Below, one piece after another: positions 40,615 to 49,883 of a DNA stretch of 64,000 nucleotides (positions within the stretch are counted from its first letter, which is position 1; the number at the start of each line of letters is the position of its first letter). The DNA is taken from assembly GCA_016292745.1 (NCBI GenBank), contig JAEDFO010000001.1, positions 43,823 to 107,822 on the forward strand, written 5' to 3'. The position numbers were made by a program, and so were the translations under genes. The notes under the pieces are model-generated. The model ran no database searches. It saw only the letters and a program-made list of their open reading frames with translations, and was not told the origin of the DNA. Source of the DNA: Muribaculaceae bacterium. Lineage in GTDB: Bacteria; Bacteroidota; Bacteroidia; Bacteroidales; Muribaculaceae.

Positions 40615-41559
40615 ATGACTCAGAAATTACCTCCAGTAAAAATCTTCTCCGGGACCAAATCGCACTATTTGGCAGAGCAAATTTGCAAAGAGTTAGGAGT
40701 AGAATTAGGTAAAATGAACATTCAGCGTTTTGCTGACGGTGAATTCGAATGCTCTTTTGAAGAGTCCATCCGTGGTTGTGAAGTATATTTGGTTCAGTCG
40801 ACTTTCCCAAACACCGACAACTTAATGGAGCTGCTCCTCATGATTGATGCTGCAAAGCGTGCTTCGGCAAAATCAATCATTGCTGTTGTCCCCTATTTCG
40901 GATGGGCTCGTCAGGACCGCAAGGATAAACCGCGTGTATCGATAGCCGCTAAGTTAGTTGCCGACCTGCTCAGCGTTGCCGGAATCGATCGATTGATTAC
41001 AATGGACTTGCATGCCGACCAAATTCAAGGATTTTTTGATGTTCCTGTCGACCATCTGTATGCTTCTTCATGCTTTATCCCATACATCCAGTCGCTTCAC
41101 CTTGATGAACTGGTGATTGCAACTCCCGACGTTGGTGGTGCAAAACGTGCCAATAGCTATGCAAAATATCTTAATGCACCATTGGTTCTGTGCCATAAGC
41201 AACGCGCAAAAGCCAATGTGGTGGAAAATATGACAATCATTGGCGATGTTAAGGGTAAGGACGTTGTACTCGTCGACGATATGGTTGACACAGCTGGTAC
41301 AATAACAAAGGCCGCTAATCTTATGATGGAAAATGGGGCTAAATCGGTAAGAGCTCTTGCTTCGCACGCTATTATGAGCGATCCGGCTTCGCAACGTATC
41401 GAAGAATGTGCTTTGTCGGAAATCATGTTTACCGATAGTATTCCTTTCACAAAGAAATGCAGTAAGGTGACAATTATCAGCATTGCATCGTTGTTTGCCG
41501 ACACAATCCGCCGTGTGCATAACAATGAATCGATTAGTTCGCAGTATCTTATAAAGTAA
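40615..41559 (+). CDS. prs: Ribose-phosphate pyrophosphokinase
   Basis: DLHADQIQGFF and VLVDDMVDTAGT motifs. Confidence 0.95.
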   Translation: MTQKLPPVKIFSGTKSHYLAEQICKELGVELGKMNIQRFADGEFECSFEESIRGCEVYLVQSTFPNTDNLMELLLMIDAAKRASAKSIIAVVPYFGWARQDRKDKPRVSIAAKLVADLLSVAGIDRLITMDLHADQIQGFFDVPVDHLYASSCFIPYIQSLHLDELVIATPDVGGAKRANSYAKYLNAPLVLCHKQRAKANVVENMTIIGDVKGKDVVLVDDMVDTAGTITKAANLMMENGAKSVRALASHAIMSDPASQRIEECALSEIMFTDSIPFTKKCSKVTIISIASLFADTIRRVHNNESISSQYLIK

Positions 41560-41572
41560 TTATATTATTTAA

Positions 41573-42646
41573 ATGAATGCGCCGGACTCTTGTGTTGGAT
41601 TCCGGCGTATTTTCTGTATAATGGGCAACGGAAGAATTGAAATATTCGATTTCATGAAAGGATTCTGCATTGCGATGGTAATAGCTGACCATTGCAATCT
41701 GCATTTTGAGTCGGTGCATATCCAGAATATGCTCGATGCCGTCCGAATGCCATTATATTTCTTCCTTTCGGGCGTTTTTTTCAAGGAGTATACCTGTTAC
41801 GCTGATTTTGCTCTTCGAAAGACATGCAAACTCATTATTCCATACTTGTTTTTTGCATTGATTTATGGTATTGTCATTACTGTAAATATGTCGTTATGTG
41901 GCACTTTCCCAAATTTGCACCATTTTAAAGCAATGTTCTTTTTGCCCAGCAATTCCCCTCTGTGGTTCTTGAGATGCCTGTTTATAGCATATACAATGTA
42001 TTATCTGCTTAATTCATTGGTGCTCAAACGTATCGGGATTCTTGGCCAGTGGCTGACTATCAGCGTATTCGCATTTATAGCATGGGAAGTGATTGATTAT
42101 TGTAACGGATTCAGATATACGACAAAAATTGTATCCTATCTGTATATGAGTGATGTTTTTACAGCTGCTGTTGTTTTGCCAATTATGTTTTGTGCGCATA
42201 AGTGCAGGGAATCGCTAACGAATATTTTCAATTATACTCTTACAAAACTCATTGTTGTATTAGCAGTATCAATAGTGGTGCTGTATTTCTCTACAACCGG
42301 GCCGTTAATGTTCGTCAAATGTAAATTTGATGCCTCATTCTTATCATTCTACATTTCAATTGCATGTGGTATATGTGCAATATTTGCATTATGCACCATT
42401 ATTTTTCGCCTAATTGAAGTCTGTCATCCTATACGCCATTTTATAAGCGAGTTTGGACAATATTCATTGATAGCACTCGGAATGCATTGGACTATAAGAT
42501 ATATTTTATTATCTGTTGGCTGGGACAACAGTTGGGTCATGTTTGCCATAATTATTGCTGTCATGCCATTTATAAGCAAGTTGCTTACAAAATATTTTCC
42601 TTATTTTACAGCTCAGAAAGATATTGTCAAGTATCACAAAGCATGA
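41573..42646 (+). CDS. Acyltransferase family 3 membrane protein
   Basis: Polytopic protein with an N-terminal FDFMKGFCIAMVIADH segment typical of Acyl_transf_3. The true start may be an internal Met (M17). Confidence 0.7.
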   Translation: MNAPDSCVGFRRIFCIMGNGRIEIFDFMKGFCIAMVIADHCNLHFESVHIQNMLDAVRMPLYFFLSGVFFKEYTCYADFALRKTCKLIIPYLFFALIYGIVITVNMSLCGTFPNLHHFKAMFFLPSNSPLWFLRCLFIAYTMYYLLNSLVLKRIGILGQWLTISVFAFIAWEVIDYCNGFRYTTKIVSYLYMSDVFTAAVVLPIMFCAHKCRESLTNIFNYTLTKLIVVLAVSIVVLYFSTTGPLMFVKCKFDASFLSFYISIACGICAIFALCTIIFRLIEVCHPIRHFISEFGQYSLIALGMHWTIRYILLSVGWDNSWVMFAIIIAVMPFISKLLTKYFPYFTAQKDIVKYHKA

Positions 42647-42653
42647 AATAAAT

Positions 42654-42683
42654 GAAGGCACCCCATATTAATGGAATGCCTTC
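42654..42683. terminator. Hairpin between convergent genes (probably the rpoD terminator)
   Basis: GAAGGCA (42654-42660) pairs with TGCCTTC (42677-42683). The minus-strand side is followed by a T-rich run. Confidence 0.4.
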
Positions 42684-42707
42684 AAGTAAAATTTCAATAA
42701 AATAATA

Positions 42708-43568
42708 CTAATCGCCTAAGTAGCACTTGAGTAGACGACTCTTCTGTCCTTTCAGACGGCGTATAGCTTTTTCTTTAATCTGACGAACACGTTCACGGGT
42801 CAAATCGAACTTTGCACCAATTTCCTCCAATGTCATTTCCTGGCAACCGATGCCGAAGAACATTTTCAGAATGTCGCGCTCACGTTCATGAAGCTGATTT
42901 AATGCACGGTCGACTTCTTTCGACAGTGATTCCTGATTCAGCGACGAATCGGCCATTGGAGAATCATCGTTGGTAAGAACATCCAACAAACTGTTGTCTT
43001 CACCTTCAACAAATGGTGCGTCAACCGAAATGTGACGCCCTGACACTTTCAGAGTATCCTGAATCTTGTCAACAGGGATGTCGAGCTGTTCAGCCAGTTC
43101 TTCAGCCGATGGACGGCGTTCGTTTTCTTGTTCGAATTTAGAAAGAGCTTTACTGATTTTGTTCAAAGAGCCCACCTGATTAAGCGGAAGTCTTACAATA
43201 CGAGACTGTTCTGCAAGAGCCTGAAGAATGGATTGACGAATCCACCACACAGCATATGAGATAAACTTAAAGCCTCGGGTTTCGTCGAATTTCTGTGCGG
43301 CTTTAATTAGGCCGAGATTCCCTTCGTTAATCAAGTCGGGAAGGCTTAGGCCTTGGTTTTGATACTGTTTTGCCACAGATACAACGAATCTCAGGTTGGC
43401 TCGTGTGAGTTTATCCAATGCGCGCTGGTCGCCTGCCTTGATTTTCTGTGCAAGCTCCACTTCTTCTTCGACAGTTATTAGACCTTCTCGGCCTATTTCC
43501 TGCAGATACTTGTCAAGCGACGCACTCTCACGATTAGTAATTGATTTTGTAATCTTTAATTGTCTCAT
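42708..43568 (-). CDS. rpoD: Primary RNA polymerase sigma factor (Bacteroidota sigma-A)
   Basis: Region 2 [10 protein letters not shown] and region 4.2 [17 protein letters not shown], 286 aa. Confidence 0.93.
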   Translation of the reverse strand: MRQLKITKSITNRESASLDKYLQEIGREGLITVEEEVELAQKIKAGDQRALDKLTRANLRFVVSVAKQYQNQGLSLPDLINEGNLGLIKAAQKFDETRGFKFISYAVWWIRQSILQALAEQSRIVRLPLNQVGSLNKISKALSKFEQENERRPSAEELAEQLDIPVDKIQDTLKVSGRHISVDAPFVEGEDNSLLDVLTNDDSPMADSSLNQESLSKEVDRALNQLHERERDILKMFFGIGCQEMTLEEIGAKFDLTRERVRQIKEKAIRRLKGQKSRLLKCYLGD

Positions 43569-43587
43569 TCTAACTCAAAAATGTGTG

Positions 43588-43595
43588 CAAATTTA
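43588..43595 (-). promoter_or_regulatory. -7 promoter box TAAATTTG for rpoD
   Basis: The plus strand reads CAAATTTA, 19 nt upstream of the ATG at 43568. Confidence 0.4.
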
Positions 43596-43693
43596 CCAAT
43601 TTCAGAACTAAATTGCAAAAGAAATATCACCTTTAATGAGGTTTTTGATATAAATAACGTGAAATGCCCTACCTTATTGTGCCGTTTGCCTAT

Positions 43694-43730
43694 AAAAAGG
43701 CATTCACAAGGATTGCTCCAAGTGAATGCC
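43694..43730 (-). terminator. htrA Rho-independent terminator
   Basis: GGCATTCAC pairs with GTGAATGCC (43699-43730), followed by TTTTT on the minus strand. Confidence 0.6.
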
Positions 43731-43748
43731 ATTAAGTTCCAGTCCTAA

Positions 43749-45254
43749 TTAGTCAACCAACGGTACAGCGTAGTAAACTTTCTTGCCGGTCGGATATATA
43801 CCAGTTATGAACATAACCTTGTCGCTATCGTTATCGTTCATGATTGCTTTGTATACCTTTTCAACATCTTCTCTCGATGATACCGGATAGTTATTGATGT
43901 CTAGGATGATAAATCCGTTGCGGATGCCGTATTCCTTGAACTTGCCGTCCTTTACTCCAAGCACTTCTACACCTTTTGATATTCCAAGGTCCTTTTTCTG
44001 CTTATCGCTTAGTTCCTTGAATGCACAACCTAAATCGAGAATGTCGTTCGACTTTGTTATCGATGTATTGCCTTGAGAGTTTTTGAGCGTGATGGTTGTA
44101 GTCTGGGTCTTGTTGTCTCTAACGTAAGTCACCTTAATCTTGTCACCGGGGCGGAATCTGCTCATCTGCTCCATCATTGTACCCTTATCCTTAATCTTGG
44201 CATCGTTGATTTTGATGATTACATCACCCTTTTCAAGTCCAGCCTCTTTTGCCGAACCTCTATCGAGAACTTGCTCAATAATGATACCGTCTGTTACGGC
44301 CGTTATATCGCGCTCTTTTGCAATTTCAGCAGTAAGGTCTTGGAATGAAATGCCAAGCACTGCACGCTGAACAGTTCCATATTGCTTGATGTCGGTAATC
44401 ACCTTCTTCACAATATTTGAAGGAATGGCAAACGAATAGCCGGCATAATTGCCTGTGGTTGAGTAAATAGCGGTATTAATGCCCACAAGCAGGCCATCGG
44501 TAGTGACCAAGGCGCCACCACTGTTGCCTGGATTAACAGCTGCGTCGGTTTGGATAAACGATTCCACTCCCATCGGCATTGAATGTGTGGCAGAGCTGAT
44601 GCTTCGAGCCTTTGCACTTACGATGCCAGCTGTAACGGTTGAAGTGAATCCGAATGGATTACCTACAGCGAGAACCCATTCTCCCACTTTAATGTCGTCG
44701 GAATCGCCGAATGGAATCGGTGAAAGGTCCTTCGCCTCAATTTTAAGCAATGCCAAATCGGTTGTTGCATCTGTGCCAATCACTTGGGCGTTGAACGAGC
44801 GGTTGTCGTTTAATGTAACCTCAAGCTTCTCGGCCCCATCCACTACGTGATTATTGGTCACGATGTAGCCATCGTTTGAGATAATTACGCCTGAACCCAA
44901 TCCGCTTTGCTGCGGTTTCTGTTCCTGCTGTTGCGGTTGCTGGCGATTACCGTTGCCCGGGCCAAAGAAGAATTCAAACGGGTCGAAGCTTTGATAGTAT
45001 TGCTGACGGCGCGGTGTTACATAACTCTTGATGCTCACCACAGCGTTAACCGTGCTTTCTGCTGCCTTTGTGAAATCAGTCTCAAGGCTTCTGCCTTGAA
45101 CCACTCTCATTATTGCCGAATTATCCTGAGAGATGCAGGTGTCGGTTATCTCATCGTTTCGCGAAATTACAGAATTGGCCATGGTTGAAAACACTGAGCC
45201 AACAACAGCGGCTACAATAGCCACCACTACTAAATTTCTTGTACTTGTTTTCAT
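43749..45254 (-). CDS. htrA: Do/HtrA-family periplasmic serine endopeptidase with two PDZ domains
   Basis: Catalytic triad contexts TNNHVV, DLALLK and GNSGGAL. Confidence 0.92.
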   Translation of the reverse strand: MKTSTRNLVVVAIVAAVVGSVFSTMANSVISRNDEITDTCISQDNSAIMRVVQGRSLETDFTKAAESTVNAVVSIKSYVTPRRQQYYQSFDPFEFFFGPGNGNRQQPQQQEQKPQQSGLGSGVIISNDGYIVTNNHVVDGAEKLEVTLNDNRSFNAQVIGTDATTDLALLKIEAKDLSPIPFGDSDDIKVGEWVLAVGNPFGFTSTVTAGIVSAKARSISSATHSMPMGVESFIQTDAAVNPGNSGGALVTTDGLLVGINTAIYSTTGNYAGYSFAIPSNIVKKVITDIKQYGTVQRAVLGISFQDLTAEIAKERDITAVTDGIIIEQVLDRGSAKEAGLEKGDVIIKINDAKIKDKGTMMEQMSRFRPGDKIKVTYVRDNKTQTTTITLKNSQGNTSITKSNDILDLGCAFKELSDKQKKDLGISKGVEVLGVKDGKFKEYGIRNGFIILDINNYPVSSREDVEKVYKAIMNDNDSDKVMFITGIYPTGKKVYYAVPLVD

Positions 45255-45325
45255 ATTGCAAAACTGTTAATAATTTTCCGTTTTAATAATTTAATCGTTA
45301 AAATTTAACTTTTCGATTTCTTCGG

Positions 45326-45333
45326 CAAATGTA
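45326..45333 (-). promoter_or_regulatory. -7 promoter box TACATTTG for htrA
   Basis: The plus strand reads CAAATGTA, 71 nt upstream of the ATG at 45254. Confidence 0.3.
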
Positions 45334-45540
45334 TATCAATAATTTTTAATCTCCCAAAAAACATTTCCGATTTTAGATAATTTTAATACATATCGCCTAA
45401 AAGAAATATATTTTACATATGTATCGACAAATTTCATTCCACACCCATAGCCAACAATCAACCACCCAACCATTACTGACAAAATATAACATCCATGACA
45501 ATAATAATGGCAAGAATGACAAAAATCGCTCGACAAGCAT

Positions 45541-45548
45541 TATCTTTG
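45541..45548 (+). promoter_or_regulatory. -7 promoter box TATCTTTG for the chromate-transporter pair
   Basis: Matches TAnnTTTG, 53 nt upstream of the ATG at 45602. Confidence 0.35.
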
Positions 45549-45601
45549 TGTCGTTTTTTGTCGGTCGGTGCCATTGCTCGACTTGGATATACGTATTCTT
45601 G

Positions 45602-46174
45602 ATGAACAACAGAATTTATTTTCAGCTATTTGTATCATTTCTTAAAATCGGGGCATTCACCTTTGGCGGCGGATGGGCTATGATTTCGGTTATCGAGCGC
45701 GAGATAGTCGACAACAAGAAGTGGATTGGCAAAACTGATTTTCTCGACCTCCTGGCTCTTGCGCAATCAATACCCGGCATCCTGGCTGTGAATATAGCTG
45801 CTGCTGTTGGCGACAAGATTGCCGGAAAGCGTGGTGCCGTGGTTGCAGCATTAGGCTCAATAATACCATCGTTTGTAATTATTCTTCTCATTGCCATGTT
45901 CCTAACACCAGATACAATAAAGGGGAACGATACCCTGCGGCGAATATTCATGGGCATACGTCCGGCAGTGGTGGCATTGATAGTATCGCCAGTGCTCAAC
46001 GCTGCACGAAATGCAAAAATCAACGCCAAGACGGTGGTAATTCCAATTGCCGTTGCACTATCGATTTATTCCGGCATTCCATACATCTCGAATCCAATAT
46101 TGTATATTATAATAGGAGCTGTAGTTGGCATTTTCTTATATCATCGCCGTATAACCGAAAAAAGCATAAAGTAA
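45602..46174 (+). CDS. Chromate transporter family protein, half-size (first of pair)
   Basis: FGGGWAMISVIERE motif. I trimmed the start from the track (45419) to MNNRIYF because the upstream 61 aa are low-complexity and overlap the promoter. Confidence 0.75.
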   Translation: MNNRIYFQLFVSFLKIGAFTFGGGWAMISVIEREIVDNKKWIGKTDFLDLLALAQSIPGILAVNIAAAVGDKIAGKRGAVVAALGSIIPSFVIILLIAMFLTPDTIKGNDTLRRIFMGIRPAVVALIVSPVLNAARNAKINAKTVVIPIAVALSIYSGIPYISNPILYIIIGAVVGIFLYHRRITEKSIK

Positions 46175-46175
46175 G

Positions 46176-46706
46176 ATGGGGATATATATAAAACTAATCA
46201 TAGCATATCTTAAAATCGGCTTGTTCGGTTTTGGCGGTGGCTACGCTATGCTTTCGCTAATCCAAAAGGAAATAGTAGGCAACGGCTGGATAACCAACCA
46301 AACATTCACCGACATTGTGGCCATATCGCAGATGACACCAGGTCCTATCGGAATAAACAGTGCTACATATATTGGCTACGCAGCAACAGGCGGGACAATA
46401 TTGGGCTCCATAATAGTGACTCTGACAGTGGTTCTCCCCTCGTTTATGCTCGTGATTTATGCAAGCCATTTTATACAAAAGCATAAAGACAGCCCATATG
46501 TGAAAGGGCTATTCATGGGATTGAGGCCGGTGGTTGTAGGTCTTATTGCATCGGCTGCATTATTGCTTATGAACAAAGAAAACTTCACCGATTTCACCTG
46601 GAGCATAGCCATAGCAGCAGTGTCGTTCTGTTTCGTGCATTTCACTAAGCTTCATCCCATATATGTGGTAGTGCTGGCAGGTATTGCAGGATATATTATT
46701 TATTAG
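46176..46706 (+). CDS. Chromate transporter family protein, half-size (second of pair)
   Basis: FGGGYAMLSLIQKE motif, 1-nt gap from the first half. Confidence 0.8.
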   Translation: MGIYIKLIIAYLKIGLFGFGGGYAMLSLIQKEIVGNGWITNQTFTDIVAISQMTPGPIGINSATYIGYAATGGTILGSIIVTLTVVLPSFMLVIYASHFIQKHKDSPYVKGLFMGLRPVVVGLIASAALLLMNKENFTDFTWSIAIAAVSFCFVHFTKLHPIYVVVLAGIAGYIIY

Positions 46707-46708
46707 TT

Positions 46709-48001
46709 ATGGACAAATACGACGAAACGCTATCATTTCTATATAATCAGGTGCCGATGTTTCAGCGTGTCGGCGCCGAGGCATATAAGCCCGGTCTTGA
46801 CAATAGCATAAAACTTGCAGCTGCGTTTGGCAACCCGCAGAATTCATTCCGAACTATCCATGTGGCTGGGACCAACGGCAAAGGTTCGGTATCGCACCTC
46901 ATTGCCGCGATATTGATGGAAAGCGGTTATAAAGTAGGCTTGTATACATCGCCGCACCTTGTAGATTTCCGCGAAAGAATCAAGGAGAACGGCAGAATGA
47001 TACCCGAAACCGCAGTTGTGCACTATGTTGAGCGCTATAATTCGATGAATATTGGTATCAACCCTTCATTTTTCGAGCTCACAATGGTAATGGCGTTTGA
47101 TTATTTCAGGGAAATGAAAGTTGATGTAGCTGTGATTGAGGTAGGATTAGGAGGACGACTGGACAGCACAAACATAATCCATCCTGATTTGTCGATAATA
47201 ACGAATATATCATTCGACCACACCCAATTTCTTGGCGACACACTTGCCGCCATAGCCTCTGAAAAAGCCGGAATCATAAAATCAGGTGTCCCATGTGTTG
47301 TTGGCGAATATGTAGCTGAAACAAAGCCTGTGTTCCAGTCTCGTGCCGACAAAGTTGCCGCTCCAATAACTTTTGCAGAAGATACGCCGGAAGTCGTTTC
47401 TCATAATTATATCGGTGGCATGCTATGCGTCGACTCGAAAACATACGGACATATTCCATGCACCCTTTCAGGACTTTGCCAAGTCAAGAATGCCAATACT
47501 GTATTGACAGCAATAAATATCCTAATTGAATTAGGTTATGACATCACAAAAGCCAATGTTGCTGAAGCATTTCTAAATGTTTGCAAAACAACTGGCTTGA
47601 TGGGAAGGTGGATGCAAATAGGGACATCGCCTAAACAAATTTGCGACACCGGCCACAATGTGGGAGGAATCTCGCAGATAGTTGAACAGCTGAACAATCT
47701 GGATTACAATGTTCTTCGAATTGTAATAGGATTTGTGAGCGACAAAGATATAACCCACATACTCGAATTGTTGCCGCGTTCTGCAACCTATTATTTCACC
47801 AATGCAAGTGTGAAACGTGCGCTGCCGGCGCCAGAGTTACTGAAACTTGCCACGGAAAAAGGATTGAATGGGAAGTGCTATAGCAGCGTAACCGATGCAT
47901 ACAATCAAGCACTATGCGATGCCAACATTGATGACATTGTTTTCATTGGTGGAAGTACATTTATTGTTGCTGATTTGCTTACGGAATTGCATCGGCAATA
48001 A
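46709..48001 (+). CDS. folC: Bifunctional folylpolyglutamate synthase / dihydrofolate synthase
   Basis: GTNGKGS P-loop and a Mur-ligase fold, 430 aa. Confidence 0.9.
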   Translation: MDKYDETLSFLYNQVPMFQRVGAEAYKPGLDNSIKLAAAFGNPQNSFRTIHVAGTNGKGSVSHLIAAILMESGYKVGLYTSPHLVDFRERIKENGRMIPETAVVHYVERYNSMNIGINPSFFELTMVMAFDYFREMKVDVAVIEVGLGGRLDSTNIIHPDLSIITNISFDHTQFLGDTLAAIASEKAGIIKSGVPCVVGEYVAETKPVFQSRADKVAAPITFAEDTPEVVSHNYIGGMLCVDSKTYGHIPCTLSGLCQVKNANTVLTAINILIELGYDITKANVAEAFLNVCKTTGLMGRWMQIGTSPKQICDTGHNVGGISQIVEQLNNLDYNVLRIVIGFVSDKDITHILELLPRSATYYFTNASVKRALPAPELLKLATEKGLNGKCYSSVTDAYNQALCDANIDDIVFIGGSTFIVADLLTELHRQ

Positions 48002-49304
48002 AATCGTCGACACTTACTTTCGACAACCTTTCATATATTTCATCGTTCAGTTTATCGATGTTATTAAGTGTCAGTATCTGGTTTTCATCGAAGTCGGAAA
48101 GGAATGAACTGTCACCCCTATTTGCAACATGCTTGAAATAGTAATCGACTGTGAGAAGGTGTACATCAACAGCCGGCAAATAACGAGTATCGTCGGAAAC
48201 AGCGCCATCTATAGCACATATCAATTCTGAATCCGACAAATCGGCCAATATTTTTCCCACAAGACGTATCGGCAGGCTGTATTCATTTGCCATATCCTGA
48301 GCCGACATTGGCTTCGCTCCATTCTTGAATCTGCGAATGATTCCACCGAGCAGCACCAACGAAATCTTGGTGTAATACGACACCGATATGTTCTCAATCC
48401 GGTATCTGAAATTAAAGCGGAACGCATTTTGTGCAGAATATGTTATGCCCACTCCCACCAGCGTGATTATCCAAATCAACTGAATCCATATAAGCAGCAA
48501 CGGCAAGAATGCGAAACTACCATAGATAGCATTGTATTTCGAAACATACATCTGACCTGAAACGAATATCCATTGAAGAACCTGAAATGCAGTGCCACAT
48601 ACCAATCCAGCAAGCAAGGAATATGACAGTTTTACCTTAGTGTTTGGTATAATATAGAACGAAACTGTGAAGAAAAGGAATGTAAGCAACCAAGGGATAG
48701 CGTCGAGCACCTTAAGCAGCACAGGCGAAAATATTGATTTGGAAAATGTTGTGGATAAAAACACAGATACACCACCTTCGCAAATCATTAATATTGGCAA
48801 AATCATGAATATTGCGGTGTAGTCGGTTATCTTTCGTGCCATACTTCGCGATTTGCGTATGTTCCACACTTGATTAAACACCTGCTCTACGTTATTCATA
48901 AGGCTTATTAAGGTCCATAGCAGGAAGATGATTCCGATACCAAGAAATACACCTTGAGATGATTGCTCAAGATATGAATCGACAAACACAAATGCTGTGG
49001 TCAAAGCCTCTTTCTGCGCTGGGAAATATTTGAATAACTCACTCTGAAGTAGATTCTGGAAGCCGAAGCCGCGGCCAATGGCGAATATCAATGCCAGCAC
49101 GGGCACAATAGCTAAAATAGTATTGTAGGTGAGCGATGCTGCCTTTTGCTGTAATTTCTTGTCAAGGAAAGAGCCTATAAGCAGATTCAGCGTCTTGATT
49201 AAGTTAATCCATAGTTTATCGCGAGTGTCGTTCCAAACACCCATAGTGCAATAATCGTAGACTTTGAGAACCGTATTTTTGGTATTAATAAGCAATTTAT
49301 TCAT
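47979..49304 (-). CDS. YihY/BrkB-family membrane protein with C-terminal soluble extension
   Basis: YihY-type polytopic core plus a ~130-aa C-terminal domain. Its 3' end overlaps folC by 23 nt. Confidence 0.8.
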   Translation of the reverse strand: MNKLLINTKNTVLKVYDYCTMGVWNDTRDKLWINLIKTLNLLIGSFLDKKLQQKAASLTYNTILAIVPVLALIFAIGRGFGFQNLLQSELFKYFPAQKEALTTAFVFVDSYLEQSSQGVFLGIGIIFLLWTLISLMNNVEQVFNQVWNIRKSRSMARKITDYTAIFMILPILMICEGGVSVFLSTTFSKSIFSPVLLKVLDAIPWLLTFLFFTVSFYIIPNTKVKLSYSLLAGLVCGTAFQVLQWIFVSGQMYVSKYNAIYGSFAFLPLLLIWIQLIWIITLVGVGITYSAQNAFRFNFRYRIENISVSYYTKISLVLLGGIIRRFKNGAKPMSAQDMANEYSLPIRLVGKILADLSDSELICAIDGAVSDDTRYLPAVDVHLLTVDYYFKHVANRGDSSFLSDFDENQILTLNNIDKLNDEIYERLSKVSVDDFIADAIP

Positions 49305-49327
49305 ACTGCTCGGTATTTATACAAAAA

Positions 49328-49710
49328 AACAGTGAAGCTATAAGCCGGGTTATGTATACATGCATTATCTCCTCTAAATGATTCGAATTACAATGTACTG
49401 CCTGTCATTTATCTGAATTTGATGTCGCCACCAAACTTAAGCAACCTACCCCTCGGCAATGGACGAGTAACCCTTAAATGCCGATATACTTGGTCTTGCA
49501 ACTCATAGGATGTGCGGCGCTGTATATTTCTATACAACCCGGTGGGCTCTTACCCCGCCTTTTCACCCTTACCTCTTGCGAGGCGGTTGTTTTCTGTCAC
49601 ATTAACCCTACCCTCACGAATAGCTTCCCGTTAAGAAGTATGACACTCTATGTTGCCCGGACTTTCCTCACATTGCTGATGCAATGAGCGACAAGCCGCT
49701 TCACTGTCGC
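49328..49710 (-). ncRNA. rnpB: RNase P RNA, bacterial type A
   Basis: The minus strand carries GAGGAAAGTCCGGGC, GGTAAGGGTGAAAAGGCGGGGTAAGAGCCCACC, AGATAAATGAC and ACATAACCCGGCTTA. The P1 stem pairs CAGTGAAGC (49706-49698) with GCTTCACTG (49338-49330), and a T7 run follows. The ends are good to about +/-5 nt. Confidence 0.93.
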
Positions 49711-49847
49711 CAGCAAAATTATACATTGTATTTATATTAGCAAAATCAATGTCGGTTTTAAAACAATTTTCACCGCATAACTGTTCATAATGTAACATAT
49801 TGAGTAATTATTAGTTTATCTCTGCACGTCAAGTGAATTTTTTGTAA

Positions 49848-49855
49848 TAACTTTG
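49848..49855 (+). promoter_or_regulatory. -7 promoter box TAACTTTG for the Omp85/EptA/barrel unit
   Basis: Matches TAnnTTTG, 28 nt upstream of the ATG at 49884. Confidence 0.4.
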
Positions 49856-49883
49856 TAAAATGCATTGCTAAAGAATAAAACTT

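Noticed and set aside
45412-45421. 10-bp palindrome TACATATGTA in the htrA/chrA spacer
   Set aside because: Such a palindrome is expected by chance in AT-rich intergenic DNA, and it has no partner repeats or positional logic.
45419-45601. N-terminal 61-aa extension of the first chromate-transporter ORF
   Set aside because: The Gln/Asn/Thr-rich sequence covers the putative TATCTTTG promoter box. The family-typical N-terminus begins at the ATG at 45602.
49478-49687. 69-aa plus-strand ORF
   Set aside because: It lies wholly inside, and antisense to, the RNase P RNA gene.
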